DNA of 64,000 nucleotides from Ophelia neglecta (Eukaryota): NCBI GenBank assembly GCA_965285935.1, contig OZ260661.1, positions 98,146,001 to 98,210,000 of the forward strand, read 5' to 3'. Shown piece by piece: positions 8,821 to 17,921 of this stretch (position 1 is its first letter; each line of letters starts with the position of its first letter). The notes under the pieces were generated by a model. It saw only the letters and a program-made list of their open reading frames with translations, ran no database searches and was not told where the DNA came from. The position numbers and the translations under genes were made by a program.

Positions 8821-11800
8821 TGTCGAGGCAGCCTGAGCACGACGGCCTCTTTAAAGATTGGATGCTGGAATATCAAAGGCCTTGTTAGCAAGAAAAAAGA
8901 CAAACTCGAAAGTGAAGAAGTCATTAACATAATAAAACAATGGGACATATTTGCTTTCACAGAAACTTGGTGCAAAGAGTATGACAATGTTAAATTGCCA
9001 GGGTACTTCTGTGTAAACCAGAGTAGATCAAATTTGCATCCTAAAGCTAGACGTGGTTCAGGAGGTATATGCGTTTTCATTAAGAATTCACTGTCTAATG
9101 TAACTTCCCTACATAAGGTTTACGAAGATAAGTTTATTTGGATATGTGTTAAGAATGATAAAGAACTTGGTGTTGTACTAACATGGTTTGTAGCTTTTGT
9201 GTATATAGTACCTAATACGTCAAGCAGAGCAATTGTCTGCGAAAATGTGTATGAAAAATTGATGGATGACATTGTAGACATAAAGGTAAAATATGGAGAT
9301 GTTAACTTTCTGATATGTGGTGATCTTAACGCCAGAACAGGCATTTTACCCGACTACTATGAAAACGAGAATGTACGTAATACACCATTTGAAGAATTTT
9401 ACCCTGTAGATACTGAGCTCAAACGTGTAAATTGTGATAAGGAAACAAATCAGAACGGGCGAAAATTGTTGGATTTTTGTCGAACGACTCAGTTCAGAAT
9501 TCTAAACGGGAGGCTTGGAAGGGACAGGGAAATTGGCGAGTTCACATTTGAAAGTCCCCAGGGCTGTAGTACTATTGACTATTTTATATGTGTAGATTAT
9601 GCACTAGGGTACATAAGGGATTTCCAGGTATACGGTCAAACAATGGAAAGTGATCATAGTCCTCTTAGTTGTGAAATACAATTTGCGAGAACCGACAATG
9701 AAGTTACTGCTCCTGACACGGCAGGAACAAGGAGACAGCTGGTGTGGTCAAATAATAACAAAAATAGGATAATTCAGCAACTGGACACTATTTTACCAGA
9801 ACTGGATTATTTGTTGGAAAATGAAAATGAAATCGAAATCTTAACAGAGAGATTTACCGATCGGGTTTTTAGTAGCGTGTATGAGGTAATAGGGCGTGAA
9901 GTTAAAACAGGGATGGCAATAGCAGAGAAAGGTGTTAAAAAGAACGTAAATCAGTTTGTATGGCAGTGCGACGAGTGTAAGAGACTTTTCCGCACCGCCA
10001 TGAAGAATTTAACTTATAAACAATATAATGGTAGTATTGACAATAGGAAGAGATACACTAGGTCTAAAAACGACTATAACAAACACAGTGCTAAATGTTT
10101 GAAAGTGTATAAAATCAACGAAAGTAAGAAAATTATGTCGCTGAGGAATCGTGACAGCAGGAAGTACTGGCAAAAATTAAAACCAAGGGAGGAGAGACCA
10201 CAACCCAAAATCAGTTTGTTGGATATGAGAACTTTCTTCAGTAAAGTTACCCGTCCAGACAATTCACATTCCATTAACGGAAGTAGGCAGGTCCAGCAAT
10301 ATCTGCAGAATGACTTAAGCGAACCTGACTTTCCTGAACTTGATCAAGACTTTACAATCAGTGAACTAAGACGTGCTATATATCATTTGAAGAACAATAA
10401 GTCGCCAGGATGTGACGAACTCTTGAACGAACTTTACAAGTGCAACGAGCGCCTACACCCACGGCTACTGAAGCTCTTTAATAGAATTTTAAGCTCTGGT
10501 AGATTTCCCAAATCGTGGACGACAGGCATTGTCATACCTCTACACAAGAAAGGAGATGTGAACGATATAGAAAACTATCGGGGTATTACTCTGCTGTCGA
10601 CCTTGTCCAAGCTATTCACGCGTTTGCTCAGTCAGCGGCTGAATGAATGGAGTGACAAATATGATAAGTTTCACGCAGGTCAAGCGGGCTTTCGGGGAGG
10701 ATACTCGACTTCCGATAATTTGTTCATTTTGCATGCAATTATACAAAAGGTGCTTAAAACAAAAATGAAGCTGTTCGTCTGTTATATTGACTTCCGTAAA
10801 GCATTTGATAGGGTGATACATAACAATTTGTGGTATAAACTGTCGAATCAGGGTGTCAAAGGAAAGGTTCTTATGGTTTTAAGGTCAATGTATAGTGAGA
10901 TTAAGTCCGTTGTACGAGGGTTTAATGGTGGAATTAGTGATGAGTTTTTGTGTGTAACTGGTGTGAGACAGGGAGAGTCGGTCAGTCCTTATTTGTTTAG
11001 TGTGCTGATACATGACATAGAGGGGTTCATACGGTCAGACAGCGAGTGCAGTGGTGTAACTTGGAGGACATTAATGATCCTGCTCTTGGCTTTCGCAGAC
11101 GATTGTTCGTTAATGACCACGAGTGAGGAAAGTATGAGAAACTGTCTAAACTCGACCCAGCTTTATTGTGACACATGGGGCCTGGAAGTTAACTATGAAA
11201 AGACAAAAGTTATGGTTTTTAATGGTGCTGGTTTATTTAAAGATTACAAATTCACCATGGGTGGCCGATCAATTGAATGTACAGAGAAATTTACATATTT
11301 GGGTCTAACCTTCTTTCTAAACGGTAATTTCAAGCGAACCCAGGAACACTTGGCTCGACAGGCCGAGAAAGCAATATTCAAAATGCGTGGCTTGCAGAGA
11401 AAACTCTATCAGTCCCCTACAGACATACTAGCAGACTTTGAAACGCTTGTAGTACCTATTCTTACGTACGGAAGCGAGGTGTGGGGCTTCCATCATGCAC
11501 GGGACGTAGAAGCTGTGTATAATAAGTTCTATAAAGGGACGTTGGGTGTGAAAGCTTGTACTCCTACCTTCATGTGGGTATTGGAGTGTGGTGCGCTGCC
11601 ATTTAGAGCAAAACTAGAGTTAAGAATGTTGTCATTTTGGGCAGGTCTTTGCGACCCTAGTAGATGTACAGAGAAACTTGCCACTAAGGTGTTAAAGGAA
11701 ATGTCAAAGGAAAGTTACAGTAATTGGGCATGTTATGTCAGAGACTTGTTGTATTCACTGGATTTACACCAATACTGGAACAGTCAAATTGTGTCAAACA

Positions 11801-12315
11801 AAAAGAAATTTATGTATGTGGTAAAAAACAAATTATTTAATAAAGTTGAAAATGAGTATAAATTGAAATTAGAAGAAAGTAGCAAACCTAGATTGTATAA
11901 AAACCTTGTGCCTAAACCTAGTTTAAAACACTGTAACTGGTACTTTAATAACATCGACAGAAGACACATTGTTACTATAACGCGGTTTAGACTCCGCAAT
12001 CACAGATTGGCGGTAGAGAGTGGAGACTGGTTTGGTTTAGACATGAGTGAGAGAATTTGTTTTACTTGTGGTGTCCTCGAGGACGAAATTCATTTTGTGT
12101 TTGATTGTATAAGGTACGCTCATTTCAGAAACAAATATATACTACCAACGTATCTAGTAATGCAGGATAAGCTTGAGGCACTGGTAAAACTGCTGAATAG
12201 TCAAGAACGGAGGGAGTTAGATAATCTAGGACTGTACCTTACGAAAGCCTTGAAGCTACATAAGGAATATGCTGAACAATTTTTATTAATCACTGACAAT
12301 GAGATATTTAATTAA
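8821..12315 (+). CDS. LINE ORF2: AP-like endonuclease, reverse transcriptase and C-terminal CCHC region (1164 codons open from the ORF1 stop)
   Basis: LKIGCWNIKG, TETW, GDLNAR, STIDY, SDHSP (endonuclease); KSPGCD, NYRGITLL, QAGFR, IDFRKAFD, GVRQGESVSP, FADD, YLG (RT); CFTC..EDEIHFVFDC. No internal stops and no AUG at the start. Confidence 0.93.
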   Translation, partial: CRGSLSTTASLKIGCWNIKGLVSKKKDKLESEEVINIIKQWDIFAFTETWCKEYDNVKLPGYFCVNQSRSNLHPKARRGSGGICVFIKNSLSNVTSLHKVYEDKFIWICVKNDKELGVVLTWFVAFVYIVPNTSSRAIVCENVYEKLMDDIVDIKVKYGDVNFLICGDLNARTGILPDYYENENVRNTPFEEFYPVDTELKRVNCDKETNQNGRKLLDFCRTTQFRILNGRLGRDREIGEFTFESPQGCSTIDYFICVDYALGYIRDFQVYGQTMESDHSPLSCEIQFARTDNEVTAPDTAGTRRQLVWSNNNKNRIIQQLDTILPELDYLLENENEIEILTERFTDRVFSSVYEVIGREVKTGMAIAEKGVKKNVNQFVWQCDECKRLFRTAMKNLTYKQYNGSIDNRKRYTRSKNDYNKHSAKCLKVYKINESKKIMSLRNRDSRKYWQKLKPREERPQPKISLLDMRTFFSKVTRPDNSHSINGSRQVQQYLQNDLSEPDFPELDQDFTISELRRAIYHLKNNKSPGCDELLNELYKCNERLHPRLLKLFNRILSSGRFPKSWTTGIVIPLHKKGDVNDIENYRGITLLSTLSKLFTRLLSQRLNEWSDKYDKFHAGQAGFRGGYSTSDNLFILHAIIQKVLKTKMKLFVCYIDFRKAFDRVIHNNLWYKLSNQGVKGKVLMVLRSMYSEIKSVVRGFNGGISDEFLCVTGVRQGESVSPYLFSVLIHDIEGFIRSDSECSGVTWRTLMILLLAFADDCSLMTTSEESMRNCLNSTQLYCDTWGLEVNYEKTKVMVFNGAGLFKDYKFTMGGRSIECTEKFTYLGLTFFLNGNFKRTQEHLARQAEKAIFKMRGLQRKLYQSPTDILADFETLVVPILTYGSEVWGFHHARDVEAVYNKFYKGTLGVKACTPTFMWVLECGALPFRAKLELRMLSFWAGLCDPSRCTEKLATKVLKEMSKESYSNWACYVRDLLYSLDLHQYWNSQIVSNKKKFMYVVKNKLFNKVENEYKLKLEESSKPRLYKNLVPKPSLKHCNWYFNNIDRRHIVTITRFRLRNHRLAVESGDWFGLDMSERICFTCGVLEDEIHFVFDCIRYAHFRNKYILPTYLVMQDKLEALVKLLNSQERRELDNLGLYLTKALKLHKEYAEQFLLITDNEIFN

Positions 12316-13003
12316 CTAATGCATTACTTTAGGTTTCATTATGTTTAACTTTTGTAGGGTGAGGTTTCAATGTATTGTCGCTAATGTATTTGCACTGTAA
12401 TATTTATCAGTCGCATGTTTTTCTGATCGGCCAATGTAGGCAACGTATTTTGTATAGAGCACAATGCCTTAATAAACTATTGAATTGGTAAACAGTCGTA
12501 CCGGCTGTCTCTCAGTTGTCGTGGCGCGCAGCGAGTGGATAATGATTTGTTAAGGTCCTGTACGAGTGAGAGTAGTTGGGTTTCACAGCCGAGCCGAGAC
12601 CGACATTTGGTTCTGCTTACCTAATACCATATTTGTTTACTATAAGAGCTTCATTGTGTGGGAGAGAACAGCGGCTAAGCTAAGCTTGCTATGGTGAGGC
12701 TTCAGGCTAGCTGGTAGTTTCTCGATGACTAGTGATCGTACGTTAATACTGTCCTTCGCGGTAGCCGGTCCGCAGCGGTGGCCGGTCCTCCGCGGTTACC
12801 GGTCCTCCGCGATAGCCGGTCCCCGCGATACGGTCCTGCGCGGTGCGGTAGCCATGCAGTCTTGCGCAGAGCGGTAGCCGGTCCTCCGCGGTGGCCGGTC
12901 CGCCGCGGTAGCCGTCCTGGTCTTACGCTCGGAAGATAAAACTAAAGTGTCCTGCATTTGTAGCATCGAGATGGGTCTTAGCACTTGCAACAGTGACTTC
13001 AGC

Positions 13004-13348
13004 CTACCGCGAAATGCAATAGCGGGTTGGATACCCTGTGATGAGAATTGAATGTTTTTTAACTTCTAATACTCTCACCCAATGGCATGGTCTTTTCCCA
13101 TCGTACCCAATCACGTGGGAAAACTTCTTCCACTTCCACTGGCGGTCCCGTTTTGTTGGGTGAGGTATGGTACAGTCGGGCGAAGACTGAGTCTCCCGCA
13201 CCAACCACTCTACCTCGTTCGCAGAGGCGAAATAACTACGCCTATCCTCGTAGTAGTGCACACTACTCTTCAAATGGCGATCGCGGATATGCTGCATTAT
13301 ATAGGCGGTAGTAGTCCTATGCATATTGCTAATATCGTCGGCGTTCAT
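13004..13348 (-). CDS. Small putative toxin-type ribonuclease domain protein, copy 3 (114 aa)
   Basis: Differs from copy 2 by three substitutions, all non-synonymous (I>T, T>S, N>H). Confidence 0.55.
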   Translation of the reverse strand: MNADDISNMHRTTTAYIMQHIRDRHLKSSVHYYEDRRSYFASANEVEWLVRETQSSPDCTIPHPTKRDRQWKWKKFSHVIGYDGKRPCHWVRVLEVKKHSILITGYPTRYCISR

Positions 13349-14416
13349 GAAATATCAGTCCGATTTTTTCCCCTTCATTGTCCCGTAACATGTTGTGTTT
13401 AAGCCTAGCGAGCATGCGGTATTGTATAACACACTAACTAGTCTCTCGTTGGTGGCCATTAAGACATTACTATAAATTGCGTACATCTCTACCGATGAAG
13501 GGATTTACTTGTGCATGGGGGAGGGGGAGGGGGAAGGGGGAAGGGGAGAGAGTCGGAGTACATTATGGTTGATAGATATACGAAATGAATGAGTATAGAG
13601 GGACGCAGCGGAAGAGGGACGACGGCGGTAGAGGGACGCAGCGGAAGAGGGACGACGGTGGTTGAGGGACGCAGTGGTAGAGGGACGACGGCGGTAAAGG
13701 GACGCAGCGGTAGCGCGACGAGGCCGTGAGCGCGACGAGGGCGGTAGCGGGACGACGACGCCGGTAGCGGGTAGCGGGACGGCGGTAGCGTAGAGGATGG
13801 CGGTAGCGTAGCGGTCTTTGAATTATGTGCGACATTATTTATGAAACAACATTTTGTCCACGGGTCTCTGCGGTAGCCGTCCTCCGCGGTTGTCGTCCTA
13901 CTTGGTTGCCGTTCTCCGATGTAGCCGTCCTCCACGGTAGCCGTCATCCGCGGTACCTCTCCTCCGCCGTAGCCGTCCTCCGCGGTTGGCGTCCGCGGTA
14001 GCCGTCCTCCGCCGGAGCCGTCGTCCGCAGTAGCCGTCCTCCGCGGTAGCCGTCCTCCGCCGTCGCGTCGCAGTCAAGAAATATATTGTAGGCTTCTGTA
14101 TTATGATATGAATTATGTGCAGAGACAGCATTTTGTGCATGAAAAATCCACAACGAATAAAACGTATGGTCTGCTAAGTGTATAAAGAACTGAAATCTAT
14201 AGTCTTTCTGTAATTATAAGTTTATTGGTGAGTAATTATATCCGCGAAATGCGGATACTATTGAATAGGTGTCGAGGCCCTCGTCGCCGACGGCAGTAGC
14301 GGACGGCGGTCATGCATTATACTATTTCAGTTAGTCCTAGTTAATTTCATTAATGGTGCAAACACTTTTCTTGTGGTCCCCCGCGGTAGCCGTCCGCGGT
14401 AGGCGTCCGCGGTAAA

Positions 14417-14522
14417 TACCGCGAAATGCAATTGCGGGTCGGATAACCGACGGCATTCATGAGAGATCAGTCCCTCCTTTCTTCCCTTCAATGTCTTGTA
14501 ACATGTTGCCTTTAAGCCTAGC
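14417..14522 (-). pseudogene. Second internally deleted copy of the small ribonuclease-like ORF
   Basis: Duplicate of 6685-6790. Confidence 0.75.
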
Positions 14523-15386
14523 TGGAGAACCCTGAGGCGTTGAGGTGGGATCGCCATGTCGCTACACAGTACACTGCCGGCGCCCGGAAACTTTCAACGC
14601 TCTCGATGCTTTCTACGGCGCCCTGCGGGCCGTAACTCTAACTGTAATAGTAACGGATTAGGCCCTAGTATGAGTGTATCTCAAGGTTCAAGTGAACACA
14701 CTTGTATAGACAAGGCTTGTGCAGACTGCAGCCAATGATATAACTATGGATTATTTTATATTGCCGTTAAGCACATGTCTGTGTGTAGGGCATATACGCC
14801 ATGGTACGCTACTGTCAGTTGTAGGACGTCCTTTACGTACTGTGCTGTTCATTATAACTGCACATTCACGGTAAACAGTCGTACCGGCTGTCTCTCAGTT
14901 GTCGTGGCGCGCAGCGAGTGGATAATGATTTGTTAAGGTCCTGTACGAGTGAGAGTAGTTGGGTTTCACAGCCGAGCCGAGACCGACATTTGGTTCTGCT
15001 TACCTAACACCATATTTGTTTACTATAAGAGCTTCATTGTGTGGGAGAGAACAGCGGCTAAGCTAAGCTTGCTATGGTGAGGCTTCAGGCTAGCTGGTAG
15101 TTTCTCGATGACTAGTGATCGTACGTTAATACTTTCCTTCGCGGTAGCCGGTCCGCAGCGGTGGCCGGTCCTCCGCGGTTACCGGTCCTCCGCGATAGCC
15201 GGTCCCCGCGATACGGTCCTGCGCGGTGCGGTAGCCATGCAGTCTTGCGCAGAGCGGTAGCCGGTCCTCCGCGGTGGCCGGTCCGCCGCGGTAGCCGTCC
15301 CGGTCTTACGCTCGGAAGATAAAACTAAAGTGTCCTGCATTTGTAGCATCGAGATGGGTCTTAGCACTTGCAACAGTGACTTCAGC

Positions 15387-15794
15387 CTACCGCGAAATGC
15401 AATAGCGGGTCGGATAAGCTGTGATGAGAATTGAATTTTTTTTAACTTCTAATAATCTCACCCAATGGCATGGTCTTTTCCCATCGTACCCAATCACGTG
15501 GGAAAATTTCTTGCACTTCCACTGGAGTCTCCCTTTTGTTAAGTGGTGTTTGGTACGATCGGGCGAAGACTGGGTCTCCCGCACCAACCACTCTAACTCG
15601 TTCTCAGAGGCGAAATAACTACGCCTATCCATGCAGTACACACTACTCTTCAAATGGCGATCGCGGATATGCTGCATTATACATGCGATAGTAGTCCTAT
15701 GCATCGTGTTCAAATCGACGGCGTTCATGAAATATGAGTCTTTTTTTTCCCCTTCATTGTCCCGTAACATGTTATCCTTAAGCCTAGCGAGCAT
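15387..15794 (-). CDS. Small putative toxin-type ribonuclease domain protein, copy 4 (135 aa, longest form)
   Basis: Open from MLARLKDN through QHIRDRH...SYF...IGYDG...ILITAYP; carries a frame-preserving one-codon deletion (HYYEDR > YCMDR). Confidence 0.6.
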   Translation of the reverse strand: MLARLKDNMLRDNEGEKKDSYFMNAVDLNTMHRTTIACIMQHIRDRHLKSSVYCMDRRSYFASENELEWLVRETQSSPDRTKHHLTKGRLQWKCKKFSHVIGYDGKRPCHWVRLLEVKKNSILITAYPTRYCISR

Positions 15795-16911
15795 GCGGTA
15801 TCGTATAACACACTAACTAGTCTCTCGTTGGTGGCCATTAAGACATTACTATAAATTGCGTACATCTCTACCGATGAAGGGATTTACTTGTGCATGGGGG
15901 AGGGGGAGGGGGAAGGGGAGGGGGAGAGAGTCGGAGTACATTATGGTTGATAGATATACGAAATGAATGAGTATACGGTGGTTGAGGGGCGCAGTGGTAG
16001 AGGGACGACGGCGGTAGAGGGACGCAGCGGTAGCGCGACGAGGGCGGTAGCGGGACGACGACGCCGGTAGCGGGTAGCGGGACGGCGGTAGCGGGACGTC
16101 GGTAGCCTGACGACGGCGGTAGCGGAGGTAGAAGGGCCGCCGGCGGTAGCGTGGCCGGCGGCAGCGGGGCGGGACGGCGGTAGCGGTAATGAAATTTACA
16201 TCGTGTTCGCCAATCAACAATTGCACACTTTCACGGATATACCCCTTGCTGTCGGCCCCCCGACAGCGTAGGCCTAGTTTTAGAAATAGTGAATGACCAA
16301 TACGAATGACCGAAGTATTGGTCATTAACTGTATTGGAGATAGGTAGTGATATCCGAGGGGCCACTCGTCCCAAGGAAATTACTTAGCTACAAAGAATCC
16401 AGTTAATGGCAAATACAGAGGTTATGCACTGTTTAAACCATGGTTAACGTTTTTTGTATTTATTTAATAAATTGCTGGTGACCATTTTGAGCAAAGCACT
16501 CCCATGCACAATACACTGAAGTGATCTAAGCAGTGATTCACATTTGTGTATCTCAAGGTTCAAGTGAACACAGTTCGATTCACTTGAAGACAAGGCTTGT
16601 ACAGACTGCAGCCAATGCATATATATAACTATGGATTATTTTTTATTACCAGTGGGGATCTCTTAATGGATGAGTGGTACTCATTTGGATGATTGTGTAA
16701 GAGTATGATTAAAGTTCGTCGTTAGTCTAGCTGTGCCTATATCACATCTCTTGTCTTTATTTGATAACCTGTAAGGTTGGGGTTGTTTTATTTAACACAC
16801 GTAGCTTTTTAATTACCAGTAAGCACTTGTGTGTGTGTTTACGCCGTGGTACGCTACTGTCAGTTTGTCAGGTGTAGGACGTCCTTTCGAAATGTACTGT
16901 TCATTGCCTGT

Positions 16912-17150
16912 GTATTGGCCCAAATACCAGTATCGAGGTAGATTTATTGCCAAACAGTCCTTAAATTTTGCTTGAAAATACGTTGAAATCAAAAATAAAA
17001 TTGAAGAAATTGAAAAAGCACTGATTGTAAACTGATTGACACCAACAACTTGCGGAATATTACAAGGTAGGTTGGAAAAGGCAATGGTGCTGTCGGAACT
17101 ACCCTGCCTTTGTCAGAATTGTCTGAATTTGGGATTTACTTCATCATAAG
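16912..17150 (+). repeat. Diverged direct repeat, left of the TLR
   Basis: tattggcccaaataccagtatcgaggtagatttattgccaaa...ttgcggaatatta...tgtctgaatttgg; aligns by eye to 22292-22520. Confidence 0.8.
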
Positions 17151-17921
17151 AAAACCATCATCATAATTATGAAAGCCAACATTACCCACGACAATGTCAA
17201 TTCATTTAGTGAAAATCTATTAGGTTATAAACCCGCCGAAAACTAACAAAACAACCATGGGTTAAATTCGGTTGGAACAGCCTGTTGTAAACTTTTCATA
17301 TTGTTTCTTCCTCTATCAGTGTAAGTCGGTTGTAACACAAACTGACACACTCTTTACTTCATGGTTGTACTCTATTGGATTCACTGAGCAGCCTTGAAAA
17401 GCGTGCATAATCCTTAACGAATTTCGGCTAAGACGTAGTTTAAGTATAATCATCAAAATAACGGGTGTATGGCGTAGATAAACAAACAGATTTTTCGATA
17501 AAATGAAAGAGGTCTGAATAAGGCCACCCAAGCATGAATAAATCTAAATGTAACGAGGAAAACTTTGTTGTTGAAGTCCGTAAAATAAATTCAGATGCCA
17601 AAGTCTACATGTCTAAATGTATGTTCAATACTTCAACATTTAAAAGGAAATTTTGTGGTCATATTTAGGTTTATATAACACGCTAGTTTAGACGTCGCAA
17701 AATGCGTCTGATTTCTTTCTCTGAAACATAGCTCATTTGGAAAGCATTCATTTGCAAGACTATGCTTAAAAATTTGTTTATTCAGTACACAAATGTTCTG
17801 AAATGCATGGGCGGTAGGCCTACGTGTTTGAAAAGGAAAACAGATTTAATGTTCAACTGTATACAATGATTTATTTTTAAATTTAGAAATACCAGTCATG
17901 AGTGGGTCTGTTATGTATTTG

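Larger units (their letters stand above)
7145..12486 (+). mobile_element. Full-length non-LTR retrotransposon (two-ORF APE-type LINE, RTE-X-like), 5342 bp
   Basis: TSD GGTAAAC at 7138-7144 and 12487-12493; empty site cacGGTAAACagtc at 14867-14880 in the next repeat unit; 101-nt 5' UTR; ORF1; ORF2; AATAAA at 12471-12476 followed by a short ctattgaatt tail. Confidence 0.95.
12487..14869. repeat. One complete 2383-bp tandem repeat unit
   Basis: Runs from one GGTAAACAGTCGTACC to the next; near-identical to 5064-7144 on the left and 14870-15400 on the right. Confidence 0.9.
14239..16281 (+). mobile_element. Candidate composite Helentron-type element carrying ORF copy 4
   Basis: 5' tatccgcgaaatgcggata at 14239-14257 (also at 6507-6525); 3' ttcacggata at 16230-16239, hairpin 16248-16267, CTAG-tttt 16274-16281. 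Confidence 0.55.
1..16905. repeat. Patchwork tandem/segmental repeat array of Helentron-type termini, RT relics, GC-rich minisatellites and a small repeated ORF
   Basis: 5064-7144 matches 12796-14876 almost exactly (offset 7732 = 2383-bp unit + 5342-bp LINE + 7-bp TSD). 3830-4380 resembles 16215-16905. Blocks at 1-660 and 1550-2480 recur in the later units. Confidence 0.95.

Noticed and set aside
8995-12315. ORF-track start of ORF2 at TTG 8995 (and ORF1 at TTG 7204)
   Set aside because: 8995 cuts off the conserved N-terminal endonuclease motifs and the frame is open from 8821; ORF1 has a proper ATG at 7246.
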